From a virus (Duplodnaviria > Caudoviricetes), in IMG/VR virus record IMGVR_UViG_3300025889_000396, positions 1-36,224 of that record: a stretch of DNA of 36,224 nucleotides; one strand, written 5' to 3'. This document shows positions 1 through 9,356 of the stretch, piece by piece (position 1 is the first letter of the stretch; each line of letters starts with the position of its first letter). Under the pieces are notes generated by a model that ran no database searches, had not been told where the DNA came from, and saw only the letters and a list, made by a program, of their open reading frames with translations. The translations under genes were made by a program, and so were the position numbers.

Positions 1-41
1 CAATCTACAAGTGCTTTTGAACCTATTTTTGAAATTGCCAT
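1..41 (-). CDS. 5' fragment of a probable further glycine-rich fibre/adhesin paralog (runs off the window)
   Basis: ATG at 41-39 reads MAISKIGSKALVD, resembling the N-terminus MAINKVGSKGIED of 78..1427. A late promoter TATAAATA (62-69) lies upstream. Confidence 0.65.
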   Translation of the reverse strand, partial: MAISKIGSKALVD

Positions 42-61
42 ATCTTAAATCTCTTTCTTAC

Positions 62-69
62 TATTTATA
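62..69 (-). promoter_or_regulatory. T4-type late promoter (gp55-dependent) TATAAATA
   Basis: Exact TATAAATA on the minus strand, intergenic, about 20 nt upstream of an ATG. Confidence 0.75.
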
Positions 70-77
70 TCATTTCC

Positions 78-1427
78 TTATTGAAATTTGTATCGTATTA
101 TAACGATTCCTTTACCACCATTACCACCTGCTGCATTAGAACCTGAAGGTGCTCCATTCCCACTATTCGCTGGTTGTGGTGATCCTGAAGGAGAAGGATA
201 AACTGAACCAGTTCCTCCTGCTGAATAAGTTACTGGAGAAGCAGTAATAGAAGTTGAAGAGCCAGACCCTCCTGTTTGTCCAGAACCAGCTGTTCCAGCA
301 CCACCCCCACCTCCGCCATAAACTCCACCAGAACCTGCTGCACCAGGATTACCTTGTGATGGACTAACAGGAGGAGTATTTCCTGAACCACCTGTTCCAG
401 AATCTCCACCTCCACCACCCGATCCGCCATTAAAAGCATTTTTATTAGTAGGAGCACAAATACTTCCTCCTGATCCACCTCCTCCACCACCTGCTGATGT
501 AATAGTTGAAAATATTGAATTTGAACCTGATGATCCGTGACCTGATGGAGTTCCTGTAGCACCTCCTGCAGATCCTCCTGCGCCTACTGTAATTGGATAA
601 GTTGTTGCTGAAACTGTAATACCTGTTGTTGCTGCTAATGGTGAAGTAGTATGAGGAGAACCACAAGCTTGTTTGGCTTCTCTAAAACCACCACCTCCAC
701 CAGCGCCTGATGCGTTACAAGGTCCTGCAGGGCCACTTCCACCCCCACCACCTCCACCAGCTATAACTAAATAATCAACATTTGTATAAGTTCCAGGTCC
801 TAATCCTGCTGATGATACTACAAAACAACCATCACCTGTAAAGGTATGAATTTTATAATCACCTGATGTTGTTACTGTACCACCTGTAGCTGAAATAAAA
901 CCAAGTGCTTGTAAATCGGCCACATTATGTTCTTCCCAATATAACCAACCTTTTGTACTATCTACATATACTAATACTAAACTAGCACGATTCGTAGATA
1001 TTAAACTATCATTGGCAACACCTTGAATATTATGTCCGTTACGAGCAATGGTTAAATTGTTTGTACCAAATGTACCAGCGTAATCTTTGATAGCAATAAA
1101 GTCACCTATACTTGCTGAAGCAGGAAGTGTAACTGTATGTACGTCTGATGTTGTATCTATAAAGTAACCTTGACCTGATACAGCAGTTGTTCCTGTTGAA
1201 CCATCAGCAGTAATGACTGATTGCCAGTCAATAAATTTGTTATTAAAAGAAACTGAACCACCTAAACTTACAGATGAACCTGCAAGTGTAACTGAAGAAT
1301 TAGTTAACTTTGCGTTTGTAACAGCGTTGTCTTGTAATTTAGCAGACGTTACAGTATTAGGTGCAAAATCAGCACTTGCAACTGAACCATCTTCTATACC
1401 TTTACTGCCTACTTTATTGATTGCCAT
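78..1427 (-). CDS. Glycine-rich virion fibre/adhesin-like protein (paralog A)
   Basis: N-terminal VTxAKL repeats. A YFIDTTS..VTLPAS..GD..IKDY domain resembles T4 gp34-N/gp9-10-type modules. Hinge ATGGTVTTSGDYKIHTFTGDG is followed by polyglycine runs and C-terminal GGKGIVIIRYKFQ. Confidence 0.8.
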   Translation of the reverse strand: MAINKVGSKGIEDGSVASADFAPNTVTSAKLQDNAVTNAKLTNSSVTLAGSSVSLGGSVSFNNKFIDWQSVITADGSTGTTAVSGQGYFIDTTSDVHTVTLPASASIGDFIAIKDYAGTFGTNNLTIARNGHNIQGVANDSLISTNRASLVLVYVDSTKGWLYWEEHNVADLQALGFISATGGTVTTSGDYKIHTFTGDGCFVVSSAGLGPGTYTNVDYLVIAGGGGGGGSGPAGPCNASGAGGGGGFREAKQACGSPHTTSPLAATTGITVSATTYPITVGAGGSAGGATGTPSGHGSSGSNSIFSTITSAGGGGGGSGGSICAPTNKNAFNGGSGGGGGDSGTGGSGNTPPVSPSQGNPGAAGSGGVYGGGGGGAGTAGSGQTGGSGSSTSITASPVTYSAGGTGSVYPSPSGSPQPANSGNGAPSGSNAAGGNGGKGIVIIRYKFQ

Positions 1428-1432
1428 ATCAC

Positions 1433-1440
1433 TATTTATT
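1433..1440 (-). promoter_or_regulatory. Late promoter variant AATAAATA
   Basis: Overlaps the gp15 stop codon, just upstream of the 1427 start. Confidence 0.5.
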
Positions 1441-2236
1441 CATCTTGGTCTGTACTAGGGTTATAAGTTTTTGCGTCCTCAAAAGTAGTAATAGTTGTAG
1501 TAAATCCAAAGTCATCATTTGCGTCTGCACTGGTAGGATTCGGTACTACGATAATTCGTTCTTCTCTTTTTGGACTATTTGCTGTATCGGTGTACATATC
1601 TGATTGAGTTTCTTTGATAACTCTTTGTGCATATACAGGCCCATACAAATAAGTCTTTGCTGTAAAACTTAAAGTGTAATTGACAGCACGTCTTGTGGTA
1701 AATGAACCATCATACGTATCAGCATAACTGACACTATTTAAAATAATAGGTACATCTCTTTTAATATTTAAATTTGGTATTGCATTAATGGTAACTGTAT
1801 AATCTGGTTGAAAGTAAGGTAATATTTGTTCTACAATTTGCAATCCGCCTTCAGCCGTTGCTGTAAAGGCATATAGATTAAAACTGATATTATAAGGCAC
1901 AGGATTATATTGATAGTCCATTATACTTGGAGATGAACTTTTAACGGCCTTGAACTTGCCTAATCTTTGTAACTTACGAGAAGCGTCATAAGAGATACCT
2001 GCAATTTCAAAACCCATACGAGGTAAAGTAACTGAAAATTCTCTATTATCTAAATTAGGTTGTTGTTCTAATCGTACTAAAAACTTTTCTTTAGGCGAAT
2101 AAGCAAGAGGTACTTTTAAAGATTGTACAACATTACCATTTGCGTCTTTTCTATGAATCGTAATATTATTAAAAATAGTACCAAATGCGACAACTACTTT
2201 TCTTAATGACTCGTGGTAGAAAAATTTACCGAACAT
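1436..2236 (-). CDS. g15: Tail sheath stabilizer / tail terminator protein, T4 gp15-like
   Basis: Motifs FYHESLRKVVVAFGTIFNNI, KVPLAYSPKEKF, LPRMGFE, PVPYNISF and QIVEQILPYFQP are typical of gp15. The start is more likely MFGKFFY (2236, TAATG overlap) than the 2254 ORF start. It follows gp13-gp14. Confidence 0.93.
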   Translation of the reverse strand: MFGKFFYHESLRKVVVAFGTIFNNITIHRKDANGNVVQSLKVPLAYSPKEKFLVRLEQQPNLDNREFSVTLPRMGFEIAGISYDASRKLQRLGKFKAVKSSSPSIMDYQYNPVPYNISFNLYAFTATAEGGLQIVEQILPYFQPDYTVTINAIPNLNIKRDVPIILNSVSYADTYDGSFTTRRAVNYTLSFTAKTYLYGPVYAQRVIKETQSDMYTDTANSPKREERIIVVPNPTSADANDDFGFTTTITTFEDAKTYNPSTDQDE

Positions 2237-2784
2237 TAGATTGCGTGCCCCCAACGTTTGAGATTAGCAAAATTTGTTTCTAAACCACATTTTTTACATT
2301 TCATCTTTTTATTTAAATGATTTGCTCTTTCTTTTATATTTTTTGAATTTAAAGCTGCTATTCTCATATTATCTCTTGCTTCTTCTGGTATTATCATTCC
2401 TTTTAATGCTTTTGAAATCTTTTTTCTAGTTTCTAGTGTTCTTTTTCTACCTCTATTTTTTTCTGCAATTCTTTCAATTATATGTCTAGGCATTTTATAA
2501 TCTCTAACACCATCACCACCTGAAGTTAAATTATAATGTGGTTTTAATTTTTTAATAAAATAAGGTTCTCTTTTTTGCCAACCATATTCATAGTTATTTC
2601 CACTTTCTATAACTTCATATTTAAAATTATCTTCACCATATTTTCTTATTGCATTGTATAAAGGTCTATTTTCATTTTTAGAAAATGCTCTGGATATGTG
2701 AGAAGAAAATCTATACCTAGATTTAGTTACACCTATATAAAATTTATTATTAACTTTATTTGTAATTTTATATATATTGTACAT
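2236..2784 (-). mobile_element. Freestanding GIY-YIG (Seg-like) homing endonuclease gene with NUMOD3-like motif and C-terminal CxxC
   Basis: NIYKITNKVNNKFYIGVT (GIY-YIG motif), with conserved R (RFSSH), E (REPYFI) and N (YNLTSGGDG). RTLETRKKISKALKG is NUMOD3-like and CKKC lies near the C-terminus. Inserted between gp14 and gp15. Confidence 0.88.
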
Positions 2785-3578
2785 TAAAATCCCTCATCTG
2801 GATAGTTTTCGCCAAAAGGATTTTTTTCTTCAAAGTCCAGTATATCATCGGCCGTACTGGTTGTACCAAAGCCTGCGTCTGTTTCGTAAGTAGCATTATC
2901 AGCATAATCTCTGGTTTGTGTTGCAATACTAAATGACTCGTTAATAAGATAATTAATTTCTCCAGTAGAAGATTCAAGTAAGATTGAACCTGTTTCATTT
3001 TCTAAACTGAACTGGAAGTTTAATTGGTCAATAGATAGATTATCTTCGGCCTCATCTATTGCAGTAATACCTGTATCTAATTTTTCTGAACTGTACTCAA
3101 ATTTAGTTGCACGTAATTTGTAAACAGGTAAATTACTTAATTGAAAGAATGGTTCCTGATCTTCTACAAATTGAATTTCAAAAAAAGAATTAAATAAAGG
3201 TACATAAATTAAATCACCTTCATTTGGTCTTCCGTCTTTAATTAAAGTTGCAACGTTATCTACTTGATTTTGCCATCTACGTTTTGCAATTACAAACGTA
3301 GTATCATCTCTTATTTCTAAACCAAATTTAGAGATTAATTCTTGTTCACCTGCAAAACCATCAGTAGTTTCAATATACATTTCAAGTAAATAAGAATCAT
3401 CAAATTTAGAAAGTGAATCTTCTCCAAGTATTAAATCCTGATTAACTAATGTTCTTGGTAAATAGTAACAATCTTGGCCGTAGATTTTTAGGCCTTCTAT
3501 GATTAAATCTTCGTAGAGTAATCTTTCAGATGCTTCTCCGATTCCGTTACCTGCCTGAAAATAGTGATTAACTGCCAT
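2784..3578 (-). CDS. g14: Neck protein, T4 gp14-like
   Basis: EDLIIEGLKIYGQDCYYLPR, GEDSLSKF, SKFGLEIRD, RPNEGDLIY, FEIQFVE..PFFQL and terminal DFEEKNPFG. Synteny with gp13 and gp15. Confidence 0.93.
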   Translation of the reverse strand: MAVNHYFQAGNGIGEASERLLYEDLIIEGLKIYGQDCYYLPRTLVNQDLILGEDSLSKFDDSYLLEMYIETTDGFAGEQELISKFGLEIRDDTTFVIAKRRWQNQVDNVATLIKDGRPNEGDLIYVPLFNSFFEIQFVEDQEPFFQLSNLPVYKLRATKFEYSSEKLDTGITAIDEAEDNLSIDQLNFQFSLENETGSILLESSTGEINYLINESFSIATQTRDYADNATYETDAGFGTTSTADDILDFEEKNPFGENYPDEGF

Positions 3579-3582
3579 TTCA

Positions 3583-4398
3583 TTATCCTATCATATACGT
3601 TACAGGTGTTTCGTATGTGCCTCTTATATCTTCTTCAAGTTTCTGTATATCTTGTAACGCCTGTTGATAAATTTCGACACCATTAAGAGTAACACCACCG
3701 ATCATTGTTACACCATTAAATTTTGATAAATTTGCACCCCATTGTCTTTTAAATAAGGCTGTTACATATCTTTTTAAATACATATCATTATAGACATCTG
3801 TATAAGTTGCTGGATCTAATTTTCTCCAACATTCTATAATTAAATATTCTCCTGCAGTAATATCATTTGTCCAATCCATATCAATGTATAAACGATTACT
3901 ATGTTGATTAAATCTTAAAGGTTTTTCACCTACTAATATGTGATCTAAAAAATCTAAATGATTTCTTACCATTTGATAATGAATAATAGAGGTAGAAGAA
4001 AAATCGTATAGATCATTTAATCGTAATTGATAACGAATATCAAATAAATTAAGATTGTTTCTATCAGATAAATTAAAGATATTGGTTACAGCCAAAACAG
4101 TTTCTGGCACAATGATATAATTGTTTGCTTCTTTGTAAGTAGTGGTTACACTATCTTTTGTTGCAGTAATAGTAGAATCTCCACCAGGTGATTTTATTCT
4201 TGCTAAATCACCACTGGTAACTTGATATTTAAGATAACAACGCTCTACACCATCATAGTGATACTGAGCAAAATATTGTAAGGCCTCATCTAAACGATCT
4301 TCTAATTGATCGTCATCCACGTTAATTTCTATAACGGGTTTTCCTAATGCTCGTAATGCGTATTGTTTTAACGTTTCTCTTGTTGATGGTTCTGCCAT
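3583..4398 (-). CDS. g13: Neck protein, T4 gp13-like
   Basis: LKQYALRALGKPVIEINVDDDQLEDRLDEALQYF..YHYDG and KRQWGANLSKFNGVTMIGGVTLNG. Confidence 0.94.
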   Translation of the reverse strand: MAEPSTRETLKQYALRALGKPVIEINVDDDQLEDRLDEALQYFAQYHYDGVERCYLKYQVTSGDLARIKSPGGDSTITATKDSVTTTYKEANNYIIVPETVLAVTNIFNLSDRNNLNLFDIRYQLRLNDLYDFSSTSIIHYQMVRNHLDFLDHILVGEKPLRFNQHSNRLYIDMDWTNDITAGEYLIIECWRKLDPATYTDVYNDMYLKRYVTALFKRQWGANLSKFNGVTMIGGVTLNGVEIYQQALQDIQKLEEDIRGTYETPVTYMIG

Positions 4399-4421
4399 AA
4401 TTTACCTTTGTTTTTCAGGTA

Positions 4422-4429
4422 TATTTATA
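4422..4429 (-). promoter_or_regulatory. T4-type late promoter TATAAATA
   Basis: Exact motif, intergenic upstream of gp13. Confidence 0.78.
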
Positions 4430-4432
4430 AGA

Positions 4433-5188
4433 TTAACCAAGAGCAACTGCTTGTGCGATAGCAAACGGTTTAGTTGCAACAGAAACACTATTTACTTGAA
4501 CGTCTGTACTTGCGTTGACTGTTCCTGAAAATGTTCCATTGACAGCACTTGAAATTGAGCCGCTTGATATTGATAATGTTCCGTCTGTTAAAGTTGATGA
4601 ACTTAAACTTGTTATTCCTGAAATAGTTGATCCTGAAAATGTGATTGAACTTGTCGCAATATTGGATAGTGTATTTGATGAACCACTTATTGTTTTATTT
4701 GTTAAAGTATCAGTAGTATCTCTTAACACTATGGTACCAGTTGCGTCTGGTATAGTAACGGTTCTATCTGCTGTAGGATCTACTACGGTTAATGTTGTTT
4801 CATATGCGTCAGCAGTTGCACCTTCAAAAGTAAAAGAATTTGTTATATTAATATTAGTAATATCTACTGTGGTTGTAGTTCCTTGTACAGTTAAATTTCC
4901 TGTAATGGTAGTATTACCTCCTACAGATAATGAACCTGTAACTTCTAGTCCTTCATTAACTTGTATTTGAGTTGAATCTGAAGATGATAACGTAGTTCCT
5001 GAAATTAAAATTGCTGAAGATTGTATAGCACTTGTAGAGTTACCTAAAAGAATTGCATTAGTTGTATAAGTAGTACCACCAGTACCACCATAAGCAACAG
5101 CAATAAATTCACCTGATTGGTATTCTGCTAATCCAGTTGCTGTTCCACTCTCGTTATAGACGGCTCGTATAGGTATTTTTGCTGCCAT
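4433..5188 (-). CDS. Short fibre-like virion protein with C-terminal ATKPFAIAQAVALG motif
   Basis: S/T/G-rich, with fibre modules GNLTVQGTTTTV, FEGATADAYETTLTVVDPTADRTVTIPDATG and TLTNKT. The C-terminus is shared with 20660..21145. Confidence 0.7.
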   Translation of the reverse strand: MAAKIPIRAVYNESGTATGLAEYQSGEFIAVAYGGTGGTTYTTNAILLGNSTSAIQSSAILISGTTLSSSDSTQIQVNEGLEVTGSLSVGGNTTITGNLTVQGTTTTVDITNINITNSFTFEGATADAYETTLTVVDPTADRTVTIPDATGTIVLRDTTDTLTNKTISGSSNTLSNIATSSITFSGSTISGITSLSSSTLTDGTLSISSGSISSAVNGTFSGTVNASTDVQVNSVSVATKPFAIAQAVALG

Positions 5189-5197
5189 ATTTCTCCT

Positions 5198-5779
5198 TTA
5201 AAAATAAAATAATGTATCTCCTTCAGCAGATCCTAGAGTTGTTCCATTACTTAAAATAAAGGACGCAACGACTTTATCAGGATTAGCCTTAAAGTCTAAT
5301 TTTGTATTTTGTGTACTTAAACCACCAGAGTTAGTAAAGAATGGAACTGCCTGTACAGGTGATCCATCAGCTCCTGCTAACGCAATAGTTTTAGTTACAC
5401 CGCCTGTTACCTCAACGTTTGAGTTAAGAGGTAATGTAGCGCCACTAGCAGATATACTTATCGTACCAGTACCGTCAGATGATATAGTTGCACCTGCAAG
5501 GTCTATTGTATCACCTGCAAGATACAAGGAACGAAATCTTTTAGATGCCGAACCTAAATCATATGTTTCAGTTGTATCAGGTAAAATATGTTGATCTATT
5601 GCGGATAAGTCAACACTTGAACCTGAATTAAAGTTTGCGACAGTAACAATACTGGCGCCACTTCTCATATAAACAATTTTATCTGTTATATTTACAGCGA
5701 CTTCACCATCCTCTAAATCACTTGTAGTAGGAACGGAAGAGGCCGTTGTACTTCTTTTTAATTTTATAACAGTTGACAC
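5198..5779 (-). CDS. Fibre-associated protein with Mtd-N-like N-terminus
   Basis: MSTVIKLKRSTT..VPTTSDLEDGEVAVNITD N-terminal module and ILPDTTETYDLGSASKRFRSLYL fibre motif. Confidence 0.65.
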   Translation of the reverse strand: MSTVIKLKRSTTASSVPTTSDLEDGEVAVNITDKIVYMRSGASIVTVANFNSGSSVDLSAIDQHILPDTTETYDLGSASKRFRSLYLAGDTIDLAGATISSDGTGTISISASGATLPLNSNVEVTGGVTKTIALAGADGSPVQAVPFFTNSGGLSTQNTKLDFKANPDKVVASFILSNGTTLGSAEGDTLFYF

Positions 5780-5806
5780 TTATTAATCTCCTAAATTAAT
5801 AATTAA

Positions 5807-8485
5807 TTAAAACGATCCACCATCAATACTTGTAACTGTAACAGCACCAGAAGTAACTGTAAAGTTATCAGAACTAAATGACGCAACACCTTTATTTGAA
5901 GTTGTTGCTAATTCTCCTGCAATCGTTAAAATTCCACCAGAGATAGATGTATCAACACCTTCACCAGCAGTAATTTGTAAAGTTTCTCCTAATGCAATAT
6001 CAGATGAAGTTGAACTTTCATCAGCAATTGTAATTACACTATTTGTTAATGAAGCGTTAGCAATATTTGTAATTGTGTTAGAAGCACCACTTATTGTTTT
6101 ATTTGTAAGTGTTTGTGTTCCAGTTGTAGTTACAAATGAAGTTGGTAAAGTTATTGTAAATGCAGATAAATCTAAAGTAGTAGCAAGTTTTGCAGCCGTT
6201 ACGTTTGCGTCTGTAATTTTTACAGTTGTTACAGCGTTACTTGCCAATTCGTTAGAATCAATTCCACCAGCCTTCACTCTTAATGCGTCAGATGAAACTT
6301 CAATAGTTGAATCATCTACAGCAACATCTAAAGTATTACCAGTTTTTGTTAATGCGTTACCAGCACTAATTTGACCAGCACCAGAGAATTGTGAGAATGT
6401 AATATTAGTTGAACCAAATGTTGGTGTACCATTATGTGTTGCAACATAACCATTATCAGCATTTGAAGAACCTTCTTCAACAAAGAAGAATGTTCCGCCT
6501 GTTAATTCTGAAGCTGTATCAGCGTCTGGAGCTCTTGTTAATACCCATTGAGCTGCACCACTACCTGTTGCAGTAACTTTATAGATACCGTTTTGAACAG
6601 CACTTGCTTGATCTTTAATCAACACTCTATCATTAACTGAAACAGATACTCCGTCAATAGATAAAGCACCGTTAGAGTCAGCAGTAATTGTTCCTGCACC
6701 GTTATCGTAAGTAGAAGTAGCAAGAGCAGCTGTTGTAGCAACTCTAACTGATTCTTTTACATCTAATCCATTTGCAACACCATCAACGTATGCTTTTGTA
6801 GCAGCGTCTTGTGCTGAAGTAGGATCAGTAACGTTTGTAATTCGACTTGAATTTACATCAACAACACCAGAACCTTTAGGGTCTAATATAATGTCAATGT
6901 TTGTATCACCACCAGCAGAAGCAAGTGTAACACCAGTTCCTGTTGAAGCGTTTGTAATTGAAAATTGATTAACAGCAGAACCTTGAGTATTGAAAACAAT
7001 TTGTTCGTTACCATTTGCGTCAGCGATATAACCACCATCAGCAATTTTAGGTGCTGTTAAAGTTTTATTAGTTAATGTTTCTGTTCCTGCTAATGTAGCA
7101 AAAGAACCATCTGATAATGCACTATTAAATTCAGCAGTTGTACCAGATATTGTATTATTTGTTAAACTGATTGATTTATTTGTTAACGTATCAGTTGTTG
7201 CTCTTCCAACTAATGTATCAGTAGAAGTAGGTAATGTTAAAGTACCTGAATTACTGATTGTTGAAATAACTGGACTTGTTAAAGTCTTATTACTTAATGT
7301 TTGAGAACCTGATAAAGTTGCTACTGTATTATCAATAGCAAATGTAACACTATCACCAGAAACAGTTGAACTTAATCCTGTTCCTCCTAAAAGTTGTAAT
7401 GTGTCAGATTGTGTAATAGTAGTTGTAGTTGAACTATCATCCGCAATCGTAAATGTAGTCATCTGGTTTGCAACAGCTGAATCTACATAAGTTTTAATTG
7501 CTTTAGCAGAAGCAAGTGTAGTATCTGTACCAGCAACTGAACTTAAATCAGTATCTACAACACCAGAAGCAAAGTCAGCAACTTCAATATTAGAAATTGA
7601 GTTACCTGTTCCATTTGCGTTAAATGTTTTATTTGTTAAAGTATCTGTACTTGAAGCAGTAATGTAAGCGCCTAAGTCAGAAATATTTGACTCAGTAATA
7701 GTAATCGTGTTACTTGCACTATTAATTGTTTTGTTTGTTAATGTGTCAGTAGTAGCACGGCCAACTAATGTGTCTGTACTTGTTGGTAAAGTTAATGTAC
7801 CAGTATTTGAGATAGTTGATATAACTGGAGAGGTTAACGTTTTGTTTGTTAACGTTTGAGAACCAGTTAATGTAGCAACGGTACTATCAATTGCAAAAGT
7901 AACAGATTGACCAGACGCAGTTGAAGTTAATCCTGTTCCACCTAATAGAGAGAGTGTTTGAGAGGATGGAACTGTGATTTGTGTTGAACTATCGTCTGAA
8001 TATTTGTTAGAAGTAGAAACTGTAACCCAATCTAAATTTCCTGAACCGTCAGTTTTAAGAACCTGTCCTGAACTTCCATCACCATCTGGCAACACGAATG
8101 TGGTTGATGAAGTTACAGAATTAGGTGCTTTTAAACCTATATAATTAGAACCGTTATTAGTTCCTTCATTTAATTTGATTTGACCACCTGCAGAAGCATT
8201 ATTACCAATAAACATTTCGTCTATTGCTTTATTCGAGTCAACTAGAAGTGCTGAACTTGCAGTTAATGTTCCAACTACGTGATCTGTTAAACTGGTAAAA
8301 TATTTACCACCAATGATATCTATATTTGCAGCTACGCCTGCTGTTTCGGTTCCAGTACCTATAAAAAGTCTATCACCATTATTACCTTGCGAACCTGTAC
8401 CATACGTATAGGCCAGTTCTCCTTGTGCCAGCTCCGATGGGGCTGTAGTACCTGAAGAACGTTTTATCTGAATTATTGTTGCCAT
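5807..8485 (-). CDS. Long tail-fibre/whisker-like protein (892 aa) with internal repeats
   Basis: Mtd-N-like MATIIQIKRSS..ELAQGELAY. Seven TL(T/S)NK(T/S) motifs, a DAATKAYVD motif and a KESVRVATT..DRVLIKDQ..QNGIY domain typical of phage fibres. Ends in IDGGSF. Confidence 0.8.
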   Translation of the reverse strand: MATIIQIKRSSGTTAPSELAQGELAYTYGTGSQGNNGDRLFIGTGTETAGVAANIDIIGGKYFTSLTDHVVGTLTASSALLVDSNKAIDEMFIGNNASAGGQIKLNEGTNNGSNYIGLKAPNSVTSSTTFVLPDGDGSSGQVLKTDGSGNLDWVTVSTSNKYSDDSSTQITVPSSQTLSLLGGTGLTSTASGQSVTFAIDSTVATLTGSQTLTNKTLTSPVISTISNTGTLTLPTSTDTLVGRATTDTLTNKTINSASNTITITESNISDLGAYITASSTDTLTNKTFNANGTGNSISNIEVADFASGVVDTDLSSVAGTDTTLASAKAIKTYVDSAVANQMTTFTIADDSSTTTTITQSDTLQLLGGTGLSSTVSGDSVTFAIDNTVATLSGSQTLSNKTLTSPVISTISNSGTLTLPTSTDTLVGRATTDTLTNKSISLTNNTISGTTAEFNSALSDGSFATLAGTETLTNKTLTAPKIADGGYIADANGNEQIVFNTQGSAVNQFSITNASTGTGVTLASAGGDTNIDIILDPKGSGVVDVNSSRITNVTDPTSAQDAATKAYVDGVANGLDVKESVRVATTAALATSTYDNGAGTITADSNGALSIDGVSVSVNDRVLIKDQASAVQNGIYKVTATGSGAAQWVLTRAPDADTASELTGGTFFFVEEGSSNADNGYVATHNGTPTFGSTNITFSQFSGAGQISAGNALTKTGNTLDVAVDDSTIEVSSDALRVKAGGIDSNELASNAVTTVKITDANVTAAKLATTLDLSAFTITLPTSFVTTTGTQTLTNKTISGASNTITNIANASLTNSVITIADESSTSSDIALGETLQITAGEGVDTSISGGILTIAGELATTSNKGVASFSSDNFTVTSGAVTVTSIDGGSF
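7175..7996 (-). repeat. ~89-codon internal direct duplication (7730-7996 and 7175-7441; 555-bp offset)
   Basis: DDSST..TL.LLGGTGL.ST.SG.SVTFAID.TVATL.GSQTL.NKTLTSPVISTISN.GTLTLPTSTDTLVGRATTDTLTNK occurs twice. Confidence 0.9.
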
Positions 8486-8497
8486 TTAAATTCTCCG

Positions 8498-8755
8498 TTA
8501 AAAGTTTCCACCGTTGAACTTCAAAGTTCCTGTTTCGGTTGAAAGAGTAGTACGTGTAATAAACTTATCCGTTGCAGAATCATATTGTAACAATGAACCA
8601 TCAGCCAATGTGGTTGCATTTACGTCAGTTAAGGATCTCAATGTACCAGCAGTAGATAAACTAGGAGTTGTTACTGATACCTTTTGGGCACCAGAATTGT
8701 TTTTATTAATATTGGCAGTAACACCGCCAGAAGTTGTAACTACAGCTCTAACCAT
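8498..8755 (-). CDS. Small conserved virion-associated protein
   Basis: LRSLTDVNATTLADGSLLQYD motif. C-terminal FNGGNF resembles the IDGGSF end of the downstream fibre. Preceded by a late promoter. Confidence 0.65.
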   Translation of the reverse strand: MVRAVVTTSGGVTANINKNNSGAQKVSVTTPSLSTAGTLRSLTDVNATTLADGSLLQYDSATDKFITRTTLSTETGTLKFNGGNF

Positions 8756-8779
8756 TAAACTATCTCTCTATTTTAGTAA

Positions 8780-8787
8780 TATTTATA
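8780..8787 (-). promoter_or_regulatory. T4-type late promoter TATAAATA
   Basis: Exact motif, intergenic. Confidence 0.75.
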
Positions 8788-8793
8788 ATGAAA

Positions 8794-9135
8794 CTATGTT
8801 GTAACCGAAGGACTAACTGTAATAATACCCTCAATCACTCTTGTTATGGTACTATCAGATGTTCTTAATATTTCAACATCATAGACATATCTGGCAGGTG
8901 CGTCTAAATTATTCGTTTGATCGGCAGATAAAGATAGTGTAACCACACCTGTTGTAGGTGAACCTATTGCAGTAGTGATGATAACTCTTGTTCGAGTAGA
9001 GGCAAAACCTCGTGCCATTTTAGACGAGGCCGTGTAACCTGTTAAATCAAATGCGTCACCATTTGAGTCTTTTACGGTAACGTCTGTACTAAATGTGGCA
9101 CCTTGTTCAATCGTTAGATGTGCTGTTGCTGCCAT
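8794..9135 (-). CDS. Conserved small beta-sandwich virion structural protein
   Basis: LTIEQGATF..DLTGYTA..M..G.VTLSL...T......RYVYDVEI....TRVIEG.ITV.P.VT pattern, recognised from marine T4-like phage fibre regions. Confidence 0.72.
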   Translation of the reverse strand: MAATAHLTIEQGATFSTDVTVKDSNGDAFDLTGYTASSKMARGFASTRTRVIITTAIGSPTTGVVTLSLSADQTNNLDAPARYVYDVEILRTSDSTITRVIEGIITVSPSVTT

Positions 9136-9331
9136 TGAATTTGTCTAATCCTTCTTTAATTCTATTATTATAATAGTTAGTTAGAACTTCTATCTTTTCT
9201 AACTCAATATTGTGTCTTGTTTTAGACACTTGTATTTCTTGTCTAGCAATAATAATATTTTGCAAATCAATGGGTAACTTATTCATCTCATAATCTACGC
9301 CATCTATATTAATCTTTGTCAAATCGGCCAT
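9107..9331 (-). CDS. Small hypothetical coiled-coil protein
   Basis: INIDGVDYEM N-terminus followed by a helical heptad region. Overlaps the next gene by 29 nt. Confidence 0.6.
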   Translation of the reverse strand: MADLTKINIDGVDYEMNKLPIDLQNIIIARQEIQVSKTRHNIELEKIEVLTNYYNNRIKEGLDKFNGSNSTSND

Positions 9332-9356
9332 ACTGTACTCACTTTCATTTATTTAA

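Noticed and set aside
2236-2784. Group I intron or intein around the endonuclease
   Set aside because: The ORF overlaps both flanking genes by one base, leaving no room for intron RNA, and the flanking genes appear complete.
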